A DNA stretch of 64,000 nt from the NCBI GenBank assembly GCA_041477065.1, contig JBGOUQ010000011.1:33423-97422 (forward strand). Reading direction: 5' to 3'. The stretch is from Gemmatimonadota bacterium (GTDB taxonomy: Bacteria > Gemmatimonadota > Gemmatimonadetes > Gemmatimonadales > GWC2-71-9). Below, piece by piece: positions 8,954 to 18,564 of this stretch; the first letter of the stretch is position 1; every line of letters begins with the position of its first letter. The notes beneath the pieces are model-generated. The model did not search any database, was not told where the DNA came from, and saw nothing but the letters and a program-made list of their open reading frames with translations. Position numbers and translations under genes: made by a program.

Positions 8954-9909
8954 TTCTCGGTGAAGGCTCCCATCGAAAGGTACTTCGCTTCGCGCCGCTT
9001 GAGGAGCTTGTCGGTCTTGAGCTTCAGGAGCTGATGCAGGTGGCGCTTCAGCGCGTCGCCCAGCGCGTGAGCGGCCGCTTCGGGATCGGCGTGGGCTCCG
9101 CCGGCCGGCTCGGCGATGATCTCGTCGATCACCCCCAGCGTCAACTGGTCCTGGGCCGTGAGCTTGAGCGCTTCGGCCGCCCGTTCCTTCTGCGTGGCGT
9201 CCTTCCACAGGATCGCGGCGCATCCCTCGGGCGAAATCACCGAGTACACGGAGTTCTCGAGCATCAGCACCCGGTCGGCGAGGCCGATGGCGAGCGCCCC
9301 GCCCGAGCCCCCCTCACCGGTGACGGTCGCAATGATCGGCGTCTGCAAGGCGGCCATCTCGATCAGGTTACGGGCGATGGCGCCCGCCTGCCCACGCTCC
9401 TCGGCTTCCAGGCCCGGATGGGCCCCGGCGATGTCGATGAGCGAGAGCACAGGGGCGTGGAATTTCTCGGCCAGCGTCATCAGGCGCAGCGCCTTCCGAT
9501 AGCCCTCGGGATGCGCCATCCCGAAGTTGCGGCGCAGGTTCTCCTTGGTGTCGCGCCCCTTCTGCGTACCGATGACCATGACCGTGTGTCCGTCGAGGCG
9601 GGCCCACCCTCCGACGATCGCGAGATCGTCCCCCTGCAGCCGATCGCCGTGCAGCTCCACGAAATCCGTGAATACCATGCGGACGTAATCCAGCGGGTAG
9701 GGCCGCCGGGGGTGCCGGGCGACCTGGACGCGCTGCATCGGCGTCAGCTTGCGGTAGATCTCCGCCCGCAGGTCGGCGAGCTGCTTCTCGAGCGGCGCCA
9801 AGTCGCTGGAGCGGCCGGCGGCGTCTCCGTTCCCCGCCTTCTTCAGCTCTTCGATCTGGCGCTCGATCTCGAGCAACGGGCGTTCGAAGTCCAGCGTGTG
9901 CGTCGCCAT
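8950..9909 (-). CDS. accA: Acetyl-CoA carboxylase carboxyltransferase alpha subunit
   Basis: [54 protein letters not shown]. Confidence 0.97.
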   Translation of the reverse strand: MATHTLDFERPLLEIERQIEELKKAGNGDAAGRSSDLAPLEKQLADLRAEIYRKLTPMQRVQVARHPRRPYPLDYVRMVFTDFVELHGDRLQGDDLAIVGGWARLDGHTVMVIGTQKGRDTKENLRRNFGMAHPEGYRKALRLMTLAEKFHAPVLSLIDIAGAHPGLEAEERGQAGAIARNLIEMAALQTPIIATVTGEGGSGGALAIGLADRVLMLENSVYSVISPEGCAAILWKDATQKERAAEALKLTAQDQLTLGVIDEIIAEPAGGAHADPEAAAHALGDALKRHLHQLLKLKTDKLLKRREAKYLSMGAFTEK

Positions 9910-9915
9910 CCCGGA

Positions 9916-12900
9916 TCAGCTCGCTTTCACCAAGTGCACGTGCTCGGGGCCCAGAATGCCCCGTAGCGCCGCCAGCAGGTCGTCGGCCGGCTCCACGCGC
10001 AGCGAGCGGCTGCGCAGCCGGAACACCCGTCCCCGGTCTTCGCTCTCGGCTTCCACGCTTCGCCCGTTGCCGCCATTCCCGCTCTTGTCCGCCCACTCCA
10101 CCAGCACCGGTGCGGGACCGGGGTGCGCGGCACACAACGCCGCCGCCGCCCGCGCCGCGTCGGGCTCCGGCGGGTTCGCCGCCGACCACGTGAGCGCGAG
10201 GCCGATCGCGCCGCTCGGCTTCAGCTCCTCGAGCGGCCGCACCGCCTCGACGATGAACGGCGCCTGCTCTTCGGCCCGGTCCCGGGCGCTGTACCCCCCG
10301 GTGAGGAGCAGGGCGCTGTCGGGCCGGATCGCGGCGTTGAGCCGCGCCCAGGCCTCGGGGAACACCAGGGCCTCGGCGGTCCCGTGGAAATCCTCCAGCA
10401 CGAGCCGGGCGTACTCGGCGCCGGTTTTCTTCGACACTTGGCGCTTCACGACCGTCACCACCGCGGCGAGAATGACCTTCTGGTCGCTCCACTGCCCCAG
10501 CGTGGCGGTCGTCCGGGTGCCGAAAAGCTCCACCTCCGCGCGGTACTTGGCGAGGGGGTGCCCCGAGATGAAGAACCCGAGCACCGCTTTCTCCCGCTGC
10601 AGCCGCTCATGCTCGGTCCAGGCGGCGATGTCGGGGAGGGGGGAGGAGTGCCGGGAGACGCGGGCGGCCTCGCCGAACAGCGCGTGCTGGCCGGCCTCCC
10701 GCTCCTGCTGGAGCACCTGGGCTTCCCCGAACGCCGATTCCAGCGCGGCGACCAGCTGGCTGCGGTGCCCGCCCAGCGAATCGCAGGCGCCGGCGTCCAC
10801 CAGGGCCTCGAGCACGCGCTTGTTGCACAACCGGAGGTCAATGCGGTCGCACAGGTCCACGAGGGCGCGGTAAGGGCCGGCATCGCGGCGGCCGCCCAGG
10901 ATGGAGGCGATCGCTCCCTCGCCTACGTTCTTGATGGCGCCGAGGCCGAACCGCATCCGCCGGTCGCCGACGACGGTGAACTTGAATCCCGACTCGTTCA
11001 CGTCCGGTGCCAGGACGTCGAGGCCGAGCTCCCGCGCCTCGTTGATGTACTGGACGACCTTGTCGGTGTTGCCGATCTCGGAGGACAGCAACGCCGCCAT
11101 GAACTCGGCCGGATAATGGGTCTTCAGCCAGGCCGTCCGAAAGGAGAGGATGCTGTAGGCGACCGAGTGCGCCTTAGGGAACCCGTAGCGCCCGAAGGTC
11201 TCGATCTGGGCGGCGATGTCCTCGATCACGCGGCGCTCGTGGCCGCGCGCGACGGCGCGCTCGACAAAGGGCCCCAGCTCCCGCTGGAGCAGCTCCTTGT
11301 CCTTCTTGCCTACCGCTTTGCGGAGCACGTCGGCCTCGGCCAGGCTGTAGCCGGCCAGGACGTTCGCGATCCGCATCACCTGCTCCTGGTAGACGATCAC
11401 CCCGTAGGTGGGCTCGAGCACCTCTCGCAGGGCGTCGAGGGGATAGCGGACTTTTTCTTCGCCGCGCTTGCGGCGGATGAACACCAGGTGCATGCCCGAG
11501 TCGAGCGGGCCGGGGCGCAGCAGGGCGTTGGTCGCGACCAGGTCGTCGAACCGATCGCACTTCATGTTGCGCAGGCAGTCGGTCGCCAGCGGCGACTCGA
11601 ACTGGAACACCCCGGCGGTGCGACCGGTGCGGAGCATGGCGTACACGGCCGGGTCGTCGAGATCGAGGGCGGCAGGATCGATGGCCAGGCCGTGGCGCTC
11701 GTGGATCATCTGTATCGCGTCATGGATCACGGTTAGGGTCTTGAGGCCGAGGAGGTCGATCTTCAGCATCCCGACCTTCTCGAGCGAGACCATGTCGTAC
11801 TGGGTAATGATTGCGTCCGCGCCTTGGGGAGCGAGGCAGACGGGGACGTAGTCGGCCAGCGGGCCCGGCGCGATCACCACTCCGGCCGCGTGCACGGAGG
11901 CGTGCCGGGCCAGACCCTCGATACGCGCGCCCAGCTCCAGCACCTTGCGGATCCGCTCGTCCTGCGCGGCGGCGGCCTTCACTTCCGGCACCTTTTCGGC
12001 CGCTTCCTTCAGCGTCATCGCGAAGGCCGGTCCCGAGGGGATGAGCTTGGTGATGCGATCGACATCGCCCATCTCGACCCGCAGCGTGCGGGCGACGTCC
12101 CGGAAGGCGGCGCGCGCCTTGAGGGTCCCGAAGGTGATGATCTGCCCCACGGACTCGCGCCCGTAGCGGGCGCGCACGTACTCGATCATCTCGCCCCGCC
12201 GCTCGAAGCAGAAGTCGAGGTCGATATCTGGCATGGAGACGCGCTCGGGGTTCAGGAACCGCTCGAACAGCAGGTCGAACCGGAGCGGCTCCACGTCGGT
12301 GATCCGCAGCGCGTAGGCGACCAGCGAGCCGGCCGCCGAGCCGCGTCCCGGCCCCGTCGGGATGCCGCGGTCGCGCGCCGCCTTGATCAGGTCGTAGACG
12401 ATGAGGAAGTACCCGGCGTAGCCGGTCCGCTGGATGACGTCGAGCTCGTAGGCGAGGCGCTGGGCCGCCGCCGGTGGCAGCGGGTCGCCGTAGCGCTCCC
12501 GCGACCCGCCCTGCGCCAGATGCACGAGCAGGTCGTTGTCGCTGGCGAACTCGGACGGCCGAGGGTACTGCGGGAGGAAATAGCGCTTTTCGAAGTCGAA
12601 CTCGCACAGCTCGGCGATGCGCTGCGTCTCCCCGATCACCTCGGGGTGCTCGGGGAACAGCGCGCGCATCTCCTTCTCGGATTTCACGTAGCTCTCGCGG
12701 CCCGTGAAGCGGAAGCGTTTCGGATCGTCGAGGTCCTTCCCGGTGCCGATGGCGAGCAGCACGTCGTGCGCTTCGGCATCCTCCCGCAGGAGGTAGTGCG
12801 CGTCGTTCGTCGCGGCGACCGGCAGGCCGAGCTCCGCCGCCAGCTGGAACATCCCCGCCGTCACCACCTTCTCGTCGGGAATGCCGTGGTCCTGCACCTC

Positions 12901-13422
12901 GAGCCAGAAGGCGTCGGGGCCGAACGTCCGCGCAAACCAGCGCGCGCTCGCCTTCGCCGCCTCGTAGTTGCCCTGGCGGAGGTAGAGCGCGATCTCCCCC
13001 GAGAGGCAGGCCGCGAGCCCGATCAGTCCTTCCTTATGCCGCTCGAGCACCTCCCGATCGATGCGCGGCCGGCGGTAGAAGCCCTCGAGGAACCCGATGG
13101 AGGAGAGCTTGATGAGGTTCTGGTAGCCGGCCCGGTTGCGGGCGAGCAGCACCAGGTGGGAGTAGGCCGCCGGGGCGTCCACGGACTTCTCGCGCAAGCG
13201 CCGGCTGCCGAACGCCAGATACGCCTCGAATCCCAGGATCGGCCGGAGTTTCCGGGTCTTGGCTTCGTCGTAGAAGGTCCAGGCGCAGTGCAGGTTTCCG
13301 TGATCGGTGACGGCCAGGGAATCCATGCCGAGCTTCTGGACCCGATCCAGCAGATCGGGGATGCGGTTGGCGCCGTCGAGGAGGGAGTACTCGCTGTGGG
13401 TGTGGAGGTGGACGAATGCCAT
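9916..13422 (-). CDS. dnaE: DNA polymerase III alpha subunit
   Basis: PHP motif HLHTHSEYSLLDG; GRGSAAGS; FERFLNPERVSMPDIDLDF. Confidence 0.98.
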   Translation of the reverse strand: MAFVHLHTHSEYSLLDGANRIPDLLDRVQKLGMDSLAVTDHGNLHCAWTFYDEAKTRKLRPILGFEAYLAFGSRRLREKSVDAPAAYSHLVLLARNRAGYQNLIKLSSIGFLEGFYRRPRIDREVLERHKEGLIGLAACLSGEIALYLRQGNYEAAKASARWFARTFGPDAFWLEVQDHGIPDEKVVTAGMFQLAAELGLPVAATNDAHYLLREDAEAHDVLLAIGTGKDLDDPKRFRFTGRESYVKSEKEMRALFPEHPEVIGETQRIAELCEFDFEKRYFLPQYPRPSEFASDNDLLVHLAQGGSRERYGDPLPPAAAQRLAYELDVIQRTGYAGYFLIVYDLIKAARDRGIPTGPGRGSAAGSLVAYALRITDVEPLRFDLLFERFLNPERVSMPDIDLDFCFERRGEMIEYVRARYGRESVGQIITFGTLKARAAFRDVARTLRVEMGDVDRITKLIPSGPAFAMTLKEAAEKVPEVKAAAAQDERIRKVLELGARIEGLARHASVHAAGVVIAPGPLADYVPVCLAPQGADAIITQYDMVSLEKVGMLKIDLLGLKTLTVIHDAIQMIHERHGLAIDPAALDLDDPAVYAMLRTGRTAGVFQFESPLATDCLRNMKCDRFDDLVATNALLRPGPLDSGMHLVFIRRKRGEEKVRYPLDALREVLEPTYGVIVYQEQVMRIANVLAGYSLAEADVLRKAVGKKDKELLQRELGPFVERAVARGHERRVIEDIAAQIETFGRYGFPKAHSVAYSILSFRTAWLKTHYPAEFMAALLSSEIGNTDKVVQYINEARELGLDVLAPDVNESGFKFTVVGDRRMRFGLGAIKNVGEGAIASILGGRRDAGPYRALVDLCDRIDLRLCNKRVLEALVDAGACDSLGGHRSQLVAALESAFGEAQVLQQEREAGQHALFGEAARVSRHSSPLPDIAAWTEHERLQREKAVLGFFISGHPLAKYRAEVELFGTRTTATLGQWSDQKVILAAVVTVVKRQVSKKTGAEYARLVLEDFHGTAEALVFPEAWARLNAAIRPDSALLLTGGYSARDRAEEQAPFIVEAVRPLEELKPSGAIGLALTWSAANPPEPDAARAAAALCAAHPGPAPVLVEWADKSGNGGNGRSVEAESEDRGRVFRLRSRSLRVEPADDLLAALRGILGPEHVHLVKAS

Positions 13423-13436
13423 GGCGTCTACTGCGG

Positions 13437-13465
13437 ATATTACCGGGGCCTCCACGCGTTGTCAA
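13437..13465 (-). promoter_or_regulatory. Sigma70 promoter of the dnaE operon
   Basis: Minus strand TTGACA-N17-TAATAT, 14 nt before the dnaE ATG. Confidence 0.75.
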
Positions 13466-13495
13466 AAGCGGTCGTGACGCGGAGATTTCTGCCCC

Positions 13496-14836
13496 ATGCG
13501 TTGGCTCGCGGGTCTCTTCGCCCTGATTTTGGTGATGGCGCTGTTCCATCGTCTCTCCGCCGGCGGACCGCTCGAAGCCCGCGCGACCTTGGCGCTCGGC
13601 TTTCTCGTACTCGCCGCGTTCCTGGGCGGCGACCTCGCCCGGCGCTGGCGCCTGCCGCGCATCACGGGGTTCCTCCTGGTCGGCTTCTGCTGCGGGCCTG
13701 CCTGGCTCGGTCTGGTGCGCGACGACGAGGTCGCCGCGCTGCGTCTGATTGGGGACAGCGCGGTCGCGCTCATCGCTCTGGCCGCCGGCGCGGAGCTGCG
13801 CCTCGAGCAGGTGCGGACGGATCGCGTGACGCTTACGCGGCTCGCGGCCGGAGCCATCGGTTTCCCGTTCCTGATCGTGGCACTGGTCGTGCTCTCGGTG
13901 TACCCTTGGTTTCCGCTGACGGTGCACCAATCGTTCGGGGACGGCCTCGTCGTAGCGCTGGCGCTCGGGACCTTCGCCGCCGCCTCATCGCCGACGGTCA
14001 CGATGGCGCTGATTGGCGAATGGAACGCCCGCGGCCGGTTCGCTCGGACTGTCCTGGGCGTCACGGTCATCCAGGACGTCGCCGTCGTCGCCCTGTTCGC
14101 GATCGTCCTCGTGCTCGGCAAGGGACTGGCCAGCGCCGGGGCGTTGAACCTCGCCCTCGCCGGGTCCGCGGCGGTGCACCTGCTGGGATCCGTCGCGGTG
14201 GGGATCGCGATCGGCGCGCTCCTCGGGGAGTACCTTCGGGTCATCCGCCGCGATGCGGGGCTTTTCCTTATAGCGGTCGCGCTGGGGATGGCGGCCCTGG
14301 CGCGGGCGACCGGTCTCGCGACAGTGCTGATTGCCCTCTCCGCCGGGTTCTACCTCGAGAACGTACCGCGCCAGGTGGGCGAACGACTGCGCGCCGAGCT
14401 GCAACGCCGCTCCCTCCCGGTCTACGTGGTGTGTTTCGCCCTCATTGGCGCCGGCCTTCACCTTCAGGTGCTGGCCGAGCTGTGGCCGTGGATCCTGCTC
14501 CTCGTCGGGCTGCGCCTGTGGGGCCTGTGGACGGGATTGCGGTGGGCCGGGCGAGACCCGGCGGTGCCGGCCGATCTGGCCCGGAACGGCTGGATGGGCC
14601 TCGTCTCGCAGGGGGGCTTGCTGCTCGGTCTGGCGGGGATGGCCCGCCGCGCCTTCCCGGAGTGGGGGGTCTCGCTGGAAGCCCTAATTGTCGCGATGAT
14701 TGGGGTACAAGGAATTGCCGGCCCGGTGTGGTTCGGGCGGGCGCTCCGGCATGCCGGCGAAGTGACGGGGGGAGCACATGGTGAGGCGACACCTGAGAGC
14801 GGCACTGCCGTCGCTGTTGCTCGCGGCGGCCTGTAG
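13496..14836 (+). CDS. Cation:proton antiporter (CPA family)
   Basis: About 12 hydrophobic segments; LPRITGFLLVG, SSPTV, IQDV, GLVSQGG motifs. Confidence 0.85.
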   Translation: MRWLAGLFALILVMALFHRLSAGGPLEARATLALGFLVLAAFLGGDLARRWRLPRITGFLLVGFCCGPAWLGLVRDDEVAALRLIGDSAVALIALAAGAELRLEQVRTDRVTLTRLAAGAIGFPFLIVALVVLSVYPWFPLTVHQSFGDGLVVALALGTFAAASSPTVTMALIGEWNARGRFARTVLGVTVIQDVAVVALFAIVLVLGKGLASAGALNLALAGSAAVHLLGSVAVGIAIGALLGEYLRVIRRDAGLFLIAVALGMAALARATGLATVLIALSAGFYLENVPRQVGERLRAELQRRSLPVYVVCFALIGAGLHLQVLAELWPWILLLVGLRLWGLWTGLRWAGRDPAVPADLARNGWMGLVSQGGLLLGLAGMARRAFPEWGVSLEALIVAMIGVQGIAGPVWFGRALRHAGEVTGGAHGEATPESGTAVAVARGGL

Positions 14837-16514
14837 CGATGGAGCGATCGGTCCGGACCTCTGGCCTCACCTCGCCACCCTGCCGCTCGCGTCGTGCACG
14901 AAGACGCGGTCGTTTCCCGTCAGCCTCCCGGCGGGCGCGTACGCTTCGATCGACCCCCTGATCAACTTCGGGTGCGCGTCATTCCCGGCCAACACATCCG
15001 CCACCGACTCGGCCGAGTACCTGGTCGTCGCGCAGTCGGCGAGCGGCACGCCGGGAGTGTCGGGGGGCTTCATTCTCCGGGGCGACACGGTTGTGGTGGC
15101 GGCAGCCGCGGCGGCCTCCCCGCGCTTCGAGCAGCCGCTGTCCATCGCCGAGCGATTCCACGACTTCCTGCGGGAAATGGAGGCCCGACGCTGGTACGGG
15201 CTGCCGCCTGTGAGCCCGAGCCCGGGCGCGCCGCCGGCCGGCCCCCCCCCCCCCCCGGCCGGCCCTGCGGCCCCTCCCGCGATCGGCGATCAGCGGCAGT
15301 TCAGCGTATGCGCCGCCCTCGATTGCTCCAGTTTTGCCAGGATCACGGCGACCGCCCTGGTGGTGAACGGGCACATCGCGCTCTACGTCGACCCCAGCGG
15401 ACCGATGCCGGCGCTCACCCAGACCGATCTCGACTCCGTTGCCGACATGTTCAACTCGCGGCTCTACGCGATCGACACGACGGCGTTCGGGCGGGAGTCG
15501 GACATCGACGACAACCAGGTGGTGATCGTCTTGTTGACGCCGGTCGTCAACCGGTTGGTGACCAGCGCGCAGTGCCTGAGCTCGGGTTTCGTGGCCGGGT
15601 TCTTCCTGGGTGCGGACCTCGACCCCAACTTCCGCAACGACAGCCGGTTCAACCACGGCGAGGTGTTCTACACCCTCGTGCCGGACTCCCTCGGCGCGTT
15701 GAGCTGCGCCCACAAGCCGAGCGCCGTCAAGGATCTCGTTCCGGTGACGTTCATTCACGAGTTCCAGCACATGATCAGCTTCAATCAGCACGTCCTCGTG
15801 CGCGGGAGTGTACCGGAGGACTTGTGGCTCAATGAGGGAATGTCCCACTTTGCCGAGGAGCTCGGGGGTCGCTCGTTCGGCCTCACCGCGCCGCAATTCT
15901 CGACGTTCGCCAGGGGCGACGCGTTCAACGCCTACCAGTACCTCGATGCGCCGGGGAGCCATTTCCTGGTTCCGACCTCTGGGATCGGGACGCTGGCGGA
16001 ACGCGGCGCCGCTTGGTTGTTCGTGCGCTACCTCGCCGACCAGTTCCGGACCGACACGAGCTTCGCCGCCGTGGCCGCGTTCACGCGCAAGCTGCTATCG
16101 ACGAGCCTGACCGGGGCGACGAACGTGCGGACCCAGACCGGGGTGAGCTTCGACACGCTGGCCGTGCGGTGGGCGCTGGCGAATTACGTTTCCGACCTCG
16201 ACGCCGTCCTGCCGGGGTTCACGGCCCGACCCGAGCTGCGCTACACGTCGTGGCATTTCCGGACGACGTACGCGTCGCTCTACGCGCAGGACACGGCACA
16301 CGCGCGGTTCACCAAGCCGTTTCCGCTCCTGCCGACCTTCAGCGCCGGCACCGCCGTCGGGCTGAGCGGGACGCTCCGGGCCGGCTCGGGTGTCTATCAC
16401 CGGGTGCTGCAGGCACCGGGCGCGCCCGCCTTCATGCTGCGGTTTACCGACGCCCGCGACGCGATGCTGTCCGCCACGATCGTGGCGCGGCTCGACGTCA
16501 TCCGGATCCGGTAG
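14778..16514 (+). CDS. Lipoprotein zinc metallopeptidase (M30/hyicolysin-like)
   Basis: LAAAC lipobox; FGRESDIDDN; IHEFQH followed by WLNEGMSHFAE. Confidence 0.75.
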   Translation: MVRRHLRAALPSLLLAAACSDGAIGPDLWPHLATLPLASCTKTRSFPVSLPAGAYASIDPLINFGCASFPANTSATDSAEYLVVAQSASGTPGVSGGFILRGDTVVVAAAAAASPRFEQPLSIAERFHDFLREMEARRWYGLPPVSPSPGAPPAGPPPPPAGPAAPPAIGDQRQFSVCAALDCSSFARITATALVVNGHIALYVDPSGPMPALTQTDLDSVADMFNSRLYAIDTTAFGRESDIDDNQVVIVLLTPVVNRLVTSAQCLSSGFVAGFFLGADLDPNFRNDSRFNHGEVFYTLVPDSLGALSCAHKPSAVKDLVPVTFIHEFQHMISFNQHVLVRGSVPEDLWLNEGMSHFAEELGGRSFGLTAPQFSTFARGDAFNAYQYLDAPGSHFLVPTSGIGTLAERGAAWLFVRYLADQFRTDTSFAAVAAFTRKLLSTSLTGATNVRTQTGVSFDTLAVRWALANYVSDLDAVLPGFTARPELRYTSWHFRTTYASLYAQDTAHARFTKPFPLLPTFSAGTAVGLSGTLRAGSGVYHRVLQAPGAPAFMLRFTDARDAMLSATIVARLDVIRIR

Positions 16515-16517
16515 GAC

Positions 16518-17453
16518 GTGCGAGGACGCCGCGGTCTCTCCCTGACGTTGGTGCTCGGCGCCGTCGTGATTTCAGGGGAGCCCCTCATTGCGCAGTCCGA
16601 GGGGAGCGTCGTGGCGCTGCTCTCCGGCTCGACCCGCGCGGCGGGGCTGGGCGGGGCCGGGGCGGCCCTCGTCGGTGACGCCGGGGCGATCTTCTCCAAC
16701 CCCGCCGCCCTCGCCACGATCCGCCACGTCGCGGTCGAAGGGTCCTACGAGCCGTATCTGGCCGGCACGGTGTTTTCCACGGCGGCGGTCGCGGCCCGCA
16801 TGGGACGGCTCACGTGGGGCGTGGGCGTGCAGGCCCTCGACTACGGCTCCGAGCCGATCGTCGTGCCCGACCCCGCGACCGGCGGCCGGCGCGGCACGCC
16901 CACCGGCGGCACCTTCACCGCCGCCGACGTGCTCGCCGTCTCCTCGTTCGTGTACCGCCACGGCCTGATCGCACTCGGTGTTTCGGGTAAGTATGCACGC
17001 CAGCAGATCGGTGGCTATTCGGCCGATGCCTGGGCGGGCGACGCCGGGCTCGCCATCGCCGTGTTCGATCTGTTCGCCCTGGGAGCGAGCGTGCAGAACA
17101 TCGGCGGGGATTTCGGCAATGGCGACCGGCTGCCGCGGCGCACTCGCGTCGGGCTGACGATGAACTACGTGGATCCCCAGGGCACCACGCGCCTGCTGAG
17201 CACGCTGGAAGGGCAATGGGTCGCTGGCCGGCGGGCCATGCTGGTGACCGGCGTGGAAGGCGGTGTGGTGACGGGAGGAGTCGGGCTGGTGGGGCGTCTC
17301 GGATACGCCACGCGCTCACCGACGAGCGACGCGTCGCGCGTCACCGTGGGCGCCGGCGTCGAGCTCGGCCGCCTCCACCTCGACTACGCCTTCCAGCGGT
17401 TCGACGTGCTGGGCGGTGGGGCGCACCGGATCGGAGTGCGGTGGACGCCCTGA
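16518..17453 (+). CDS. PorV/UPF0164-like outer-membrane beta-barrel
   Basis: Signal peptide; STRAAGLGGAGAALVGDAGAIFSNPAAL hatch motif; amphipathic strands; LDYAF...HRIGV end. Confidence 0.75.
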   Translation: MRGRRGLSLTLVLGAVVISGEPLIAQSEGSVVALLSGSTRAAGLGGAGAALVGDAGAIFSNPAALATIRHVAVEGSYEPYLAGTVFSTAAVAARMGRLTWGVGVQALDYGSEPIVVPDPATGGRRGTPTGGTFTAADVLAVSSFVYRHGLIALGVSGKYARQQIGGYSADAWAGDAGLAIAVFDLFALGASVQNIGGDFGNGDRLPRRTRVGLTMNYVDPQGTTRLLSTLEGQWVAGRRAMLVTGVEGGVVTGGVGLVGRLGYATRSPTSDASRVTVGAGVELGRLHLDYAFQRFDVLGGGAHRIGVRWTP

Positions 17454-18562
17454 CCGAACGGCGTCGCCCCGCCTGGGGGCGGATCGCGCGCCGGCTCGTG
17501 CTCGGTGCCGTGGGTCTCGTCGTCGTCGTCGTCGCCGCGATGCTGCTCCTCAGCGCGGACGCCCGCTACGTGGCGCGGGCCGGGGTCGAGGAAGCGCGCA
17601 TCCTCCTGAAGCGCAAGGCCATCGCGAAGCTGCTCGCCGACCCGGCCACCTCCGCTTCCCTGGCGCAGCGGCTCAAGCTGGTACTCGCCGCGCGTCGCTT
17701 CGCGGCCGACTCCCTGCGCCTGGCGGTGGGGGAGACATATACGACGTACGTAGACGTCGGTCGCGACACGCTGCTGTTGGTGCTCTCGGCCAGCTCCCGG
17801 ACCAAGTTGCGTCAATACACGTGGACCTTCCCGATCGTAGGGGATGTGCCGTACAAGGGATTTTTCGACGCCCGCCGGGCGCTCGCGGAGGCGGGCGTGC
17901 TCGAGCGTCAGGGCTACGACGTCTACCTGCGTCCCTCGGGCGCCTTCTCCACGCTCGGCTATTTCAGCGACCCGCTGTTCTCCACCGCGCTCGACCGCGA
18001 CACGATGGAGCTGGTCGCGACGGTGATTCACGAGCTGGCGCACAACACGCTGTACCTAAAGAGCCAGACGCCCTTCAACGAGAGCTTCGCCAGTTTCGTG
18101 GGGTACCGGGGAGCCGAGCGGTTCTTCCGCTCGCGCGGCGACACGCTTGATGCCCGGCGCGCGGTGGCACGGTGGCGCGACGAACGCACCCTGGACGTGT
18201 TCTACGCGGAACTGGCCCGGCGCCTGGACTCCGCGTACGCGGGCACGCCGAGCGAAGCGGCCCTCGCGCGGACGCGCGAGACCATCTTCGGGTGGGCCCG
18301 CGCGCAGCTCGCGGGGGGTGTGGGCCAGGGGCTCGAGACCTACGACTGGCGCTGGTTCGCCGGGGCGCCGCTGAACAACGCGGTCGTGATCGCCCAGCGG
18401 CTCTACCGCATGAACTTGAACCTGTTCGACGAGATCTACCTGCAGAGCAACGCCGACATCACAGAGGCGATTCGGGCGATCGAGATTCGGGTGTTCACCC
18501 AACCCGATCAGGATCCCTATCGGGCGCTGTACTCGCGCCCCGGCATGCCGGCGGACGACTAG
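17441..18562 (+). CDS. Putative secreted aminopeptidase (DUF2265-like)
   Basis: WTFPIVGDVPYKGFF, AFSTLGYFSDP, IHELAH, FNESFA motifs; start approximate (GTG 17441). Confidence 0.85.
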   Translation: MDALTERRRPAWGRIARRLVLGAVGLVVVVVAAMLLLSADARYVARAGVEEARILLKRKAIAKLLADPATSASLAQRLKLVLAARRFAADSLRLAVGETYTTYVDVGRDTLLLVLSASSRTKLRQYTWTFPIVGDVPYKGFFDARRALAEAGVLERQGYDVYLRPSGAFSTLGYFSDPLFSTALDRDTMELVATVIHELAHNTLYLKSQTPFNESFASFVGYRGAERFFRSRGDTLDARRAVARWRDERTLDVFYAELARRLDSAYAGTPSEAALARTRETIFGWARAQLAGGVGQGLETYDWRWFAGAPLNNAVVIAQRLYRMNLNLFDEIYLQSNADITEAIRAIEIRVFTQPDQDPYRALYSRPGMPADD

Positions 18563-18564
18563 GC

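Noticed and set aside
9916-13422. Possible intein or split in dnaE
   Set aside because: Length and motifs are continuous and normal; no intein signatures seen
11824-14784. 986-aa ORF on the + strand
   Set aside because: Antisense shadow of dnaE running into an alternate frame; expected in high-GC DNA
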